Shown in pieces: positions 56,144 through 64,000 of a DNA stretch of 64,000 nucleotides. A model generated the notes under the pieces. That model worked only from the letters and a program-made list of their open reading frames with translations, did no database searches and was not told the origin of the DNA. This stretch comes from Polyangiaceae bacterium (GTDB taxonomy: Bacteria > Myxococcota_A > Polyangia > Polyangiales > Polyangiaceae). Position 1 is the first letter of the stretch. Each line of letters starts with the position of its first letter. The translations under genes and the position numbers were made by a program. The stretch lies in the NCBI GenBank assembly GCA_036503835.1, contig DASXWF010000331.1, positions 251-64,250 on the forward strand. Direction: 5' to 3'.

Positions 56144-57270
56144 AGGCCGAGACCAAGTCCGAGGGGACGCAGCAGATGTACGCCCAGAAGCTCGGCCACG
56201 CGGTGCGCATCTTCGGTGCCAAGTCGCCCATGACGGTCATCGACGCCCCGGCCGTGGATCGCTTCATCAAGCAGCGCCAGCGCGAGGGGGTGACGAACAA
56301 TACCATCCACCGGGAGCTGACCTGCATGATGCAGATGCTCAAACTCGCACGCCGCGGCGGGGCGTACCACCTCGAGATCTCCCAGGTGAAGCCCGTTGGG
56401 TTCTCGTCCGGCTACGTGCCCCGCAAGACGCACCTGCAGCGCAAGGAGCTTCGGACGCTCTTGGACGGGCTGACCCAGGAGCAGGCCGCTTGGGTCTGCA
56501 TGTCGATTGCGACCGGCGGGGACATCTCCGACGTCGAGCGCGTTCAGCCTGGCGACTACGACCCGGCCACCCAGACCATCCAACTCCGGGGCACGAAGAA
56601 CCGGTACCGGACGGCCCGCATCCCGGTCCCGGACATGTATCTCGACCTACTCGAGCGAGCTCTCCCGTTCCTCCCGTTCAGCTGGCCCCGGGTCTCCAAG
56701 GACCTCCCCGAGGCGTGCGAGCGTCTCGGGGTCACCAGGGTTACGCCCAAGGACCTCCGGCGCACGGCTGCCACCTGGCTCAAGGAAGAAGGGGTCGACA
56801 TTGCCACCTTGGGTCGGTGGCTTCGACACGGGGGTACCAAAGTCGCGTACGACGTGTACGATCAGAGCTCAGCAGAATCGACAGGCGAGGCCATTCGCGC
56901 ACAGACGCAGGATCGCTACACTGATGCTGGGCCCCCTGGCGAAACAGGCAGACGCGGCGGACTTAAAAGCCGCAGCCTGGGACCAAAATCGGCAGAAACT
57001 AGCGAAAAACCGCTAGTGCCACCTGTCGGCCGAAGGCGCAAACAGGGGTCCGCAGATGCAGATCTGTTACAGCGTGCAGAGGGGCGGGCGCGGAAGTTGC
57101 GCCCCCTCGTGGCGCTCGACCCAACCCTAGCCGGCCCCCTGGCGGTCTCGGAGGCAGTCGTCGAGGCCTACCACCTCGGGGCGGGCGACCCGGACGCCGG
57201 GGCCAACCTGGAACGGCTCATGGGACAGGCCGCGGAGGAGCTCGGGCTCACGGACCGGAGGGCTTCCTGA
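55921..57270 (+). CDS. int: Tyrosine integrase containing attP
   Basis: Arm-binding-like N-terminus, NNTIHREL, RGTKN, PKDLRRT, LRHG, VY. Confidence 0.9.
   Translation: MVARKELPQGFYWRGSVIWVRTDPIAGVPKSTGARTVDGALAYLAERERVSANPVHRAAAEATVGEWARRTCEMKAETKSEGTQQMYAQKLGHAVRIFGAKSPMTVIDAPAVDRFIKQRQREGVTNNTIHRELTCMMQMLKLARRGGAYHLEISQVKPVGFSSGYVPRKTHLQRKELRTLLDGLTQEQAAWVCMSIATGGDISDVERVQPGDYDPATQTIQLRGTKNRYRTARIPVPDMYLDLLERALPFLPFSWPRVSKDLPEACERLGVTRVTPKDLRRTAATWLKEEGVDIATLGRWLRHGGTKVAYDVYDQSSAESTGEAIRAQTQDRYTDAGPPGETGRRGGLKSRSLGPKSAETSEKPLVPPVGRRRKQGSADADLLQRAEGRARKLRPLVALDPTLAGPLAVSEAVVEAYHLGAGDPDAGANLERLMGQAAEELGLTDRRAS
56929..56973 (+). other. attP core: 5' half of tRNA-Leu(UAA)
   Basis: GGCCCCC-TG-GCG-AAACAGGCAGA-CGC-G-GCGGA-CTTAAAA: acceptor 5' strand, Leu-type D arm, anticodon TAA; no T arm follows. 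Confidence 0.8.
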
Positions 57271-57890
57271 TGGCCCATCTACTGACGAACAAGGGCGACC
57301 GTATCTTGGTCGACGACGACCTGCTGCCCGAACTCGCCAAGCACGCTTGGCTGCTCGACGGCAAGGGCTATCCGAGAAGAACGATCCGGGTAACTCGAGG
57401 GAGATCCGGCAAAAAGACCGCGGAATACCTCCACAGGCGAGTGATTGGCGCCGAAAAAGGTCAGATTGTCGACCACGTCAACGGCAACCCGCTCGATGCC
57501 AGGCGGGCCAACCTCCGGCTGGTCTCCCCTGAGCAGAACTCGCGCAACACCCACCGAAGCAAGAATCGGAAACTCGGCGGCTTCAAGGGCGTCTTTTACA
57601 TCGAGCGAGTCAAGCGGTGGTCGGCCCAGATCGGCGCCGGGCCGAAGAAACCGAACGGCAGAGCGGGCCTCATCCACCTCGGCATGTTCAAGACCGGCGA
57701 AGACGCGGCACGGGCATACGACCGCGCAGCTCTGCTTTTCTTCGGCGCCCATGCGGCCCTGAACTTCGAGGCCGAGCGCGACACGCGATTGGTCGAAATA
57801 GACCTCCTGCCGTGGAGCGACCGGCTCTACCCGCACCTGCTCGGGAAGCGCCTCCTGTGGGAGCTGAATGCCGAAAGCGGGGTCGCATGA
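57270..57890 (+). CDS. HNH-AP2 endonuclease
   Basis: YLHRRVI, VDHVNGNPLDARRANLR, FKGV, HLGMF...AARAYDRAA. Confidence 0.92.
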   Translation: MAHLLTNKGDRILVDDDLLPELAKHAWLLDGKGYPRRTIRVTRGRSGKKTAEYLHRRVIGAEKGQIVDHVNGNPLDARRANLRLVSPEQNSRNTHRSKNRKLGGFKGVFYIERVKRWSAQIGAGPKKPNGRAGLIHLGMFKTGEDAARAYDRAALLFFGAHAALNFEAERDTRLVEIDLLPWSDRLYPHLLGKRLLWELNAESGVA

Positions 57891-58081
57891 TCCCCGCCCC
57901 CACCGACCCAGTCGGCACCTTCGTCGACCCGGCCCGCCTCCCCACGGGCGCCCAGCTAGAGGCCACCCGGCTTTCGCTGGCCATCCTCTGCGACCGGACC
58001 CGAGGCCTCAGCGAGAGGCGCGACCTGGAAGCCGCCGTTCGTGCGGCGCATGAGACGCAGGCGGACAGGAGGTCGGCGTGA
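57887..58081 (+). CDS. Small hypothetical protein
   Basis: Coupled ORF. Confidence 0.4.
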   Translation: MIPAPTDPVGTFVDPARLPTGAQLEATRLSLAILCDRTRGLSERRDLEAAVRAAHETQADRRSA

Positions 58082-58521
58082 GCAGACCCATCCTCTTCCT
58101 CGACGTGGACGGCGTCCTGAATCGCTCAGCAACGGCCTACGGGCGAATGCAAGCCGTCCTTGTTCAGCGACTCCACGATCTCGTGATCGCGACGGGTTGC
58201 GAGATTGTCGTGTCCTCCGGCTGGCGCCTCGGCGGCATCGAGCGTGGCTCGGACTTCTATCGGCACCTGGAGCGCATCCCAGGCGGCGAAACGATCCTGT
58301 CCCGCGTCATCGGGCGCACCGGTTCCTCTGACCTGGGGCGAGCCGTCGAGATCCTCTCGTGGCTGGAGAAGGAGCGACCTGGTGCCCACTTCGCCGCTGT
58401 CGACGACATGGATATGTCCGAGCAGCTCGGCGACCGCCTGGTGCTCTGCAGGTCCGACGAAGGCCTGACCGAAGAGCGAGCCGAGGCACTGCGGGTTGCG
58501 CTGACCAGGAGGTCCGCGTGA
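58078..58521 (+). CDS. HAD phosphatase, Swiss-Army-knife RNA-repair-like (HAD_SAK_2)
   Basis: LFLDVDGVLN, IVVSSGWR, AAVDD. Confidence 0.85.
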   Translation: MSRPILFLDVDGVLNRSATAYGRMQAVLVQRLHDLVIATGCEIVVSSGWRLGGIERGSDFYRHLERIPGGETILSRVIGRTGSSDLGRAVEILSWLEKERPGAHFAAVDDMDMSEQLGDRLVLCRSDEGLTEERAEALRVALTRRSA

Positions 58522-58796
58522 CCGCCCTCCTCCCCATCGCCCGCCAGCCGCGCCTGCGCGGTCAGTGCGTCCTCGTTCCCCGGCCCTGTCCCTTTGACCG
58601 CTGCCGGCATCACCTCGGCGCCGTCCGGGCTGGCGAATCCTGCTCGCTCGACGTGGCGGACCGCGGCGAGCACTCCCTGCGTGAGGTCGGAGAGTTCCTC
58701 GGGGTCTCCCATGCCCGGGTCGAGCAGATCGAGGTCATGGCGCTCGACAAGGTGCGCAAACGGATCCGCCGCGGGCCGAAGCGGGGTGTGTCGTGA
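58518..58796 (+). CDS. Zn-binding sigma70 region-4-like DNA-binding protein
   Basis: RPCPFDRCRHHL, SCSLDVADRG, SLREVGEFLGVSHARVEQIE. Confidence 0.8.
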   Translation: MTALLPIARQPRLRGQCVLVPRPCPFDRCRHHLGAVRAGESCSLDVADRGEHSLREVGEFLGVSHARVEQIEVMALDKVRKRIRRGPKRGVS

Positions 58797-59134
58797 ACCT
58801 CCGCCTCCTCCGCAGTCCCCCGTCCCGTCGTCCCGCCTGCCCCATCACGGTCTCGGGGACGACGCTCATCTACGCCTCGGGCCTCCGCTACCGACTGAAG
58901 TGGCACCACGCGCGGTGTCTCGCTGAGGCGATTCACGAGGCGATGACCGAGTGCACCCAGAGCGCGGCCGCTGGCTTCGTCGTTCGGCGCTTCGCTTCGC
59001 CCCGGCAGCACTGGCGCCTCGTTGTCGACGGTCGCCACTTCGATCTGCCCGAGGTCGAGTTGACCCGCGCCCAAGCCGTTTACGTCGGGACCATGTTGGC
59101 GAGAGCGCCGAGGTTGGAGGTGGTTGGTGGTTGA
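58793..59134 (+). CDS. Hypothetical protein
   Basis: Coupled ORF ending LEVVGG. Confidence 0.5.
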   Translation: MNLRLLRSPPSRRPACPITVSGTTLIYASGLRYRLKWHHARCLAEAIHEAMTECTQSAAAGFVVRRFASPRQHWRLVVDGRHFDLPEVELTRAQAVYVGTMLARAPRLEVVGG

Positions 59135-59522
59135 ATCGCATTTTAAAGACCCGTTGCTTCAGGAGTGGGAGCAGACCGTGTGTGGCGAAACACGACAGCG
59201 CCGGACCTGGGCGACATCTGTTCGCAAAGACTGGCCCGCGAAATCCTGGAGGCGTTCGATGGCGAGTGAACCGAAGGTGGGGGATGTGCGGCAGGACGGG
59301 TCGCTTCGGCAACAGGTGTGGCTTGGTAGCGGCTGGTACTACGTCGGTTCCCCGATCGCGACCAAGCTCGTCTCCGCCGAACTCTCCGCCGTGAGGGAGA
59401 TGCGGGAGGTGCTGAGGCGAACCAAGTCACGTGCCGGCATGTGTCCAGAGTGCTTTGCGGACGATGACGAGGACTGCGAATCCGACTGCCGCCTTGCACG
59501 GCTGATTGGAGGTGGGGAGTGA
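59124..59522 (+). CDS. Hypothetical protein (start may be 59259)
   Basis: CPEC...CESDC C-terminus. Confidence 0.45.
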   Translation: MVVESHFKDPLLQEWEQTVCGETRQRRTWATSVRKDWPAKSWRRSMASEPKVGDVRQDGSLRQQVWLGSGWYYVGSPIATKLVSAELSAVREMREVLRRTKSRAGMCPECFADDDEDCESDCRLARLIGGGE

Positions 59523-59731
59523 ACGCAAAGCTCTGCGAAGCAGCCAACTGCGAACGCCTGGCAACGGGCATCGTCGTGGCGGATACGGACGAGAACTATT
59601 GCTACTGCGACGCCCACTTGGCCGAGCACGAGGCCATCTGCAAGCGCATCCAGGCCGATCTGGACGCTGGTGTAGATGAGGCGATTGCGGTCAGGCGCGA
59701 GCAGGTCCGAAGGGAGGCCGACCGTGGCTGA
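59519..59731 (+). CDS. Small Zn-finger protein
   Basis: CEAANC...YCDAH. Confidence 0.5.
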   Translation: MNAKLCEAANCERLATGIVVADTDENYCYCDAHLAEHEAICKRIQADLDAGVDEAIAVRREQVRREADRG

Positions 59732-60128
59732 CCGCTACCCATCATGCCGTTGCGTCAACGTCGCGCCCGGCTCCTACGACGTCGCTATCACGGTCGTTCC
59801 GCCGGCACAGATGGCCGCCCGGCGACGAGCAGTCGGCAAAGGCGTCACTGTCCAGATCGACTCGTGCATCCTCGCCGAGGTTACGCTGCTCTGGTCTATT
59901 GGCATCCTGACGCTGGAATCGTGCTGCGGACACGGGCGGCAGCAGGGTTACCTCGCCGTCTATCCGGAGTCGTCGGAGCGCATGCTTCGGATGGGCTACC
60001 TGGTCGACGAGACTGGGCCGGACGGTTGCTTCATTCCGCGCGGCGTTGACTCGGTGACGGGAGAGCTTGGCGCTGTCGATGACGGCGCAGTGGCTGACCA
60101 GATGGAGAGGGGGCTGCGGAATGGCTGA
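59724..60128 (+). CDS. Phage protein with TYW3-like D-x-I...T-x-x-S-C-C-G-H motif
   Basis: VQIDSCILAEVTLLWSIGILTLESCCGHG. Confidence 0.55.
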   Translation: MADRYPSCRCVNVAPGSYDVAITVVPPAQMAARRRAVGKGVTVQIDSCILAEVTLLWSIGILTLESCCGHGRQQGYLAVYPESSERMLRMGYLVDETGPDGCFIPRGVDSVTGELGAVDDGAVADQMERGLRNG

Positions 60129-60489
60129 GCCACTCATGATGCTCCTGGACGCGAAGGTCGCATGTCTTGTGCGTGAGAACGAAGCGCTGCGAGCCGAGGT
60201 CTCGGACCTGAAGCGGCAGTCCAAAACGGACTCGGCCATCATCGATGACTGCCACCGGATGCTCGACTGGTACTCCGGAGCCATCCGCTCCCTTCGCGCG
60301 AAGTTGATGCGGGAGAGGGCAGACCGACATGCCGTCTGCTCGAATTTCATGCGCATCGAGGCGACCGATGCCGCCAGAGATGGGCTCCACGATCTAGCGG
60401 CCGTGGTGTCTCGCGATGCTGCTCGGCTCTCTGCCCGCGCCCGCCGTCTGCGCGCCAAGGCTGAGCGGGTGGAGGGAGGTGGGAGGTAA
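60121..60489 (+). CDS. Coiled-coil hypothetical protein
   Basis: Coupled ORF. Confidence 0.5.
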   Translation: MAEPLMMLLDAKVACLVRENEALRAEVSDLKRQSKTDSAIIDDCHRMLDWYSGAIRSLRAKLMRERADRHAVCSNFMRIEATDAARDGLHDLAAVVSRDAARLSARARRLRAKAERVEGGGR

Positions 60490-60953
60490 TGGCCGCTCAC
60501 AAGGGAAAGCGCGACGCGGTGCCGGAGCCCCAGGCCATGCGCTGCAATCTGATCAGGCCCAGGCCAATGACGCTTCGTGAGGCAAAGGAGATAGCCGGCT
60601 TCCGCACAGAATACCCGAACTGGAAGAAACCTAGGGGCATGTCCGATGCGCAGTTCGCCAAGTGGACGATCGAACAGAAAGCCAAGTGGGACGCGGACCA
60701 GGAGACACTGATCGGCGTCGACCATGAGCCGATGTTCATCTGCGGCAATCTCAAGATTCCGACTTGTCGCTGCGGGTTTACCTCCGAGTACCTGTGTGAT
60801 TTCCCAACTGGCGACGGAAAGACCTGCGACGCCGAGCTTTGCTCACGGTGCAAGCGAAGCATCGGAGAGGACCACGATCTGTGTCTCGTTCACCACGCGA
60901 TGTTCATGGGTCGCGAGTCCATTGGCGAGTGGCCGCCGAGGAACAAGTCATGA
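60489..60953 (+). CDS. Cys-rich Zn-binding hypothetical protein
   Basis: LCDFP...TCDAELCSRC...DLCLVH. Confidence 0.65.
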   Translation: MAAHKGKRDAVPEPQAMRCNLIRPRPMTLREAKEIAGFRTEYPNWKKPRGMSDAQFAKWTIEQKAKWDADQETLIGVDHEPMFICGNLKIPTCRCGFTSEYLCDFPTGDGKTCDAELCSRCKRSIGEDHDLCLVHHAMFMGRESIGEWPPRNKS

Positions 60954-61023
60954 CCGCCGCTCTTTTTTTTGCCAGCGCTACTGAGCATTTGACCGTTGCC
61001 GTGCTGCCTCAGGGGGTTCGGCA

Positions 61024-61392
61024 ATGAGCACCAGGAAGCCTCGGCTCCCCACCGAGTCCGACGAGCAGCGCAAGTTCGTGCAGTGGTTCCGTCTCCAGTA
61101 CCGAGTCGTGCGCATCTTCGCGATCCCGAACGGCGGAGGTCGGAGCAAAGCGCAGGCGGGGATCCTGAAGGCCGAGGGCGTCGAGGCGGGGGTGCCTGAC
61201 CTCTGTGTGCCGGCGGGCATCGACGGTTCTGGTGTGCCGACCTGGGTCGAGATGAAGCGCACCAAAGACGGACGGATCAGCGACGCGCAGAAGGACTGGC
61301 ACGCGTACCTGCGCGGTCTCGGTCACACGGTGCTGGTGTGCGCGGGGTTTGCTGAGGCGAGGCGGATGGTTGGGGAGATCAAAGCAAGATGA
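61024..61392 (+). CDS. VRR-NUC nuclease
   Basis: FAIPNGG, LKAEGVEAGVPDL, WVEMK, SDAQKDW. Confidence 0.9.
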   Translation: MSTRKPRLPTESDEQRKFVQWFRLQYRVVRIFAIPNGGGRSKAQAGILKAEGVEAGVPDLCVPAGIDGSGVPTWVEMKRTKDGRISDAQKDWHAYLRGLGHTVLVCAGFAEARRMVGEIKAR

Positions 61393-62195
61393 AACCGCGC
61401 ATCAGAACCATCAAGCCCGAGGCCCACAAGGACGAGGATCTCTGGGATGCCGAACTTGAGACCGGGCTCCCGCTCTTCCGTGCCTTCGTCGGGCTCTGGG
61501 GTATGGCTGACCGCGAAGGGCGCTTCGAGTGGCGCCCGCGGGTGCTCAAGTCAGAGATCCTCCCGTTCTGGGATGGGGACTTCTCACGCGTGCTCGACGC
61601 GTTGACCACGCGTGGATACGTCGTCCGTTACGCGTTCGGTGGGCGTGAGTTTGGGCACGTTCGGACCTTCGCTCGGCACCAGGTCATCAACAACCGCGAG
61701 GAGCCGAGCAGGCTTCCTCCACCGCCTGAACCTGAAGAAACCCAACAGGTTGACGCGAGCGGCACGCGTGAGCCAAGCGTCACTGACGCGTGCGGCACGC
61801 CTAGTTCCCTTCCCTTCCCTTCTAGTTCTAGTTCCCAGGAGGGGGTGCAGGGGGAGGTCCCGGCGAAAACAGATCCGCCCCGCGGCAAACCACGTGACCC
61901 CATGGCGCGCGAGACGCAGTGGCCTGAAGACTTCGAGCCGTCTGCCGAAAACCTGGCACACGCCCTGAGCGCAAAGCTCGACATTGCCGAGGAGATTGGG
62001 TTGCTCGCTGCAAATTCGAAGCGGCACGGGCGCGTGTCTCTGGATTGGCACGCTGAACTCACGGGCTGGATGATTCGAAGCGTGAAGATTCGGCGAGAAA
62101 AGGCCGAAGGGCGCCAGCGTGGCAGCCCGCAACGCGGCCGCATTCCACAGGAAAACGCAGGCAAAACCGGCTTTGAGGGCGTGAAGAGGCTTTGA
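61389..62195 (+). CDS. Replication initiator protein
   Basis: RIRTIKPE, FVGLWGMADREGR, FARHQVIN; precedes helicase loader. Confidence 0.85.
   Translation: MKPRIRTIKPEAHKDEDLWDAELETGLPLFRAFVGLWGMADREGRFEWRPRVLKSEILPFWDGDFSRVLDALTTRGYVVRYAFGGREFGHVRTFARHQVINNREEPSRLPPPPEPEETQQVDASGTREPSVTDACGTPSSLPFPSSSSSQEGVQGEVPAKTDPPRGKPRDPMARETQWPEDFEPSAENLAHALSAKLDIAEEIGLLAANSKRHGRVSLDWHAELTGWMIRSVKIRREKAEGRQRGSPQRGRIPQENAGKTGFEGVKRL
61750..61837 (+). other. Candidate replication origin inside initiator gene
   Basis: TGACGCG(A/T)GCGGCACGC twice, then strand-biased (TTCCC)n/(CTAGTT)n tract. Confidence 0.5.
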
Positions 62196-63046
62196 TGAAC
62201 ACAGCGGAAGAACTCGAAATCAGCGAAAAACCGAAGTCCAACTTCGCGCTCTGGTGCGAGAATCTCGGTGTCGATCCGCAGGAGGTCGAGCAACTCGCGA
62301 CAGATCTGCGCATCTCGCCTGCGTCGTTGCGGCGCTTGCCGATGGGTGACCCGGCGTGGCTCACGAAGCTGCGTCAGCAGGGCGAGGAGACCAAGGCCCG
62401 ACGAAGCGCATGGGCCGCCAAGTGGGCGCAGGACTCGGTTGGTCCCGAGTCCTTTCGAAAGCTCACCGGTCAGCAGATGTTCCGCATCCTGCCCGAGAAG
62501 CTCCGGGAGCTGACTCGCCACTGGCGGCCCGAGGTTGGCGCACTGCTCCTGGGCCCAACTGGCGCCGGCAAGAGCATGGCGGCGTGCTTCTTGGCTCGCA
62601 GGACCATCTACGAGCGCATGCAGGCGGCCACCCAGTGGCACTACGCCGCAGACAACCCGGAGCAGGCATTCGAGACGACCGCAGAGGATGACCGTCCGTT
62701 CCTCTCGGAGCGCTACGGGGTCCTGTGGGCCTCGGCGCCAGCGCTGTCGATGGCACGTCGGAGGCACGCGCTCGGAAAAGGTGAACCGCGCCTGGTGGAC
62801 CGCGCCATGCGGGCAAAGCTCTTGGTGCTCGACGACGTCGGCCGTGAGCCAGGACAGGACAACGTGGTCCCCGAGGTGCTTTGGGAACGCTTCGACCGCA
62901 ATGGGCTCAGCACCATCGCGACCTCGGGCGACTCGGAAGCCAAGCTTTCTGACCGGTACGGGGCGGCGCTCATCCGGCGCATCCACGAGATCGATGGGGA
63001 GCAGGGATTCGTGGTCGATCTGTTCCCTGGGGTGGTGACTCCATGA
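62192..63046 (+). CDS. DnaC/IstB-like helicase loader ATPase
   Basis: LLLGPTGAGKS, LLVLDDVGRE, RYGAALIRRI. Confidence 0.88.
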   Translation: MMNTAEELEISEKPKSNFALWCENLGVDPQEVEQLATDLRISPASLRRLPMGDPAWLTKLRQQGEETKARRSAWAAKWAQDSVGPESFRKLTGQQMFRILPEKLRELTRHWRPEVGALLLGPTGAGKSMAACFLARRTIYERMQAATQWHYAADNPEQAFETTAEDDRPFLSERYGVLWASAPALSMARRRHALGKGEPRLVDRAMRAKLLVLDDVGREPGQDNVVPEVLWERFDRNGLSTIATSGDSEAKLSDRYGAALIRRIHEIDGEQGFVVDLFPGVVTP

Positions 63047-63228
63047 TGGGCCGCAAATTCACCCCCGCCGAACGCGCCGCCCTGGCTGCTCGGATCCTGG
63101 TCCTCAGTGCCGAAGACCCGCCGCTCACCGTCGCCGTGATTGCGCAGCGATGTGGGTGTGGGCCGAACCTGGTGGCACGGGTCAGGCGGGAGGCGAAGCA
63201 AGCAATGACGACGGAGGCAGCGGAGTAA
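63043..63228 (+). CDS. Small HTH protein
   Basis: LTVAVIAQRCGCGPNLVARVR. Confidence 0.6.
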   Translation: MMGRKFTPAERAALAARILVLSAEDPPLTVAVIAQRCGCGPNLVARVRREAKQAMTTEAAE

Positions 63229-63230
63229 CC

Positions 63231-63503
63231 ATGAAGCAGTTCTCGATGGAGCGGTTGCTCGTTCTCGATATCCAGGAGGCCCGCGTCGGCATCGCCCCGA
63301 CCCGTGCGAGCAAGTGCCGATGGGCCTTCATGCAGCTTCAGGCTGAGGCCGACTACCACGAGGGTTACCTGAAGCGGCAGGCACTGCGCCGTGACAGGAG
63401 ACGCGCTCTGGAGACGCTCATGGTGGCAGCAATGCTCGGGGCCAATGTGCCCGGACCGTATCACCGCCTGAACGCGGACGGGAGCCTGGAGCGGATCGGC
63501 TGA
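63231..63503 (+). CDS. Hypothetical protein
   Basis: RBS GGAG. Confidence 0.45.
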   Translation: MKQFSMERLLVLDIQEARVGIAPTRASKCRWAFMQLQAEADYHEGYLKRQALRRDRRRALETLMVAAMLGANVPGPYHRLNADGSLERIG

Positions 63504-63563
63504 CAGCAAAAAGCCCCGCTCGCGCGAGGCTCTTCGGTCGTGGTGGACGGAAGGAAGCATCGC

Positions 63564-63773
63564 ATGGCAGAGACGGAACAGGCAAGCGAAGACATCGGGC
63601 TGGCGAAGAAGCGGGCGGAGATCCTGAGACTGGTCGCCGAGCGCAACGAGGCTTTGGCGAAAGCCACCGAGATCACGTGCCCCTTGGCGCGGGCTGGACT
63701 CCTAGCCGCTGGGCAACTCATCGACTCTCAGATTGGTCGCGTAGAGAGCACGCCGGCAAAGGAGTTCGTATGA
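63564..63773 (+). CDS. Hypothetical protein
   Basis: RBS AAGGAAG. Confidence 0.5.
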   Translation: MAETEQASEDIGLAKKRAEILRLVAERNEALAKATEITCPLARAGLLAAGQLIDSQIGRVESTPAKEFV

Positions 63774-64000
63774 CCGAGCCAACGAAGCGAAGTGTGGCGC
63801 GGGTCAACGGCGAACTCGTCGGCAAGGCGCCGAGGGCTCGGGTGGACAAGCGTCGGTGGAATGACGACATCGCGTGGTTCATCACCGAGGCGCGAGGTGA
63901 ACTGGGGGAACGCGGCATGGCGATGAACCCGGGTGGCGGCAGCAAGAGCAAAGACCCGTCGGACACTCTGGAGCTTTTCAAGCAGCTTCGGCGCGCACTG
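63770..64000 (+). CDS. Partial ORF running off the window end
   Basis: ATG 63770 with GGAG RBS, frame open to the end. Confidence 0.55.
   Translation, partial: MTEPTKRSVARVNGELVGKAPRARVDKRRWNDDIAWFITEARGELGERGMAMNPGGGSKSKDPSDTLELFKQLRRAL

Larger units (their letters stand above)
1..64000. mobile_element. Temperate myovirus-type (Mu-like contractile tail) phage, near-complete genome, excised form; probable Myxococcota host
   Basis: Contiguous terminase-portal-capsid-sheath-baseplate-lysis-immunity-integrase-replication modules, no host housekeeping genes, intact attP inside int. Confidence 0.93.

Noticed and set aside
56929-56973. Functional tRNA-Leu gene
   Set aside because: Only the 5' half is present; no variable arm, T arm or acceptor 3' strand
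63507-63535. Plus-strand terminator
   Set aside because: The U-tract lies on the minus strand and plus-strand genes continue; role unclear

Overview
The window is most of one GC-rich temperate tailed phage genome in excised (attP-intact) form, opened just before the small terminase. It has a contractile Mu-like tail, and the host is probably a myxobacterium (inferred from a GYF_2 membrane protein, a Gly-rich lipoprotein, a Zn/sigma70-region-4 protein and attP inside int). Layout: 0.2-27.7 kb packaging, head, tail and tailspike (+), with two antisense morons; 27.7-30.2 kb lysis; 30.3-33.5 kb an extra fibre module ending in a terminator; 33.6-46.7 kb leftward early operon; 46.7-47.8 kb CI/Cro switch with twin promoters and operators; 47.8-64 kb rightward operon (antirepressor, HNHs, xis-int/attP, replication). 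Main observations: (1) a PRPP-synthetase-like plus NAMPT-like gene pair matching the NARP1 NAD+-reconstitution anti-defence pathway, behind a tRNA-like structured leader and coupled to three DNA methyltransferases; (2) attP inside int carries the 5' half of tRNA-Leu(UAA) with a candidate promoter; (3) a covarying pseudoknot-like motif precedes both terS and scaffold; (4) a -1 frameshift site in the tail chaperone; (5) a fibre protein with ten 23-aa repeats and a split Ig-like domain. All calls come from motif recognition by eye; no database search was run.
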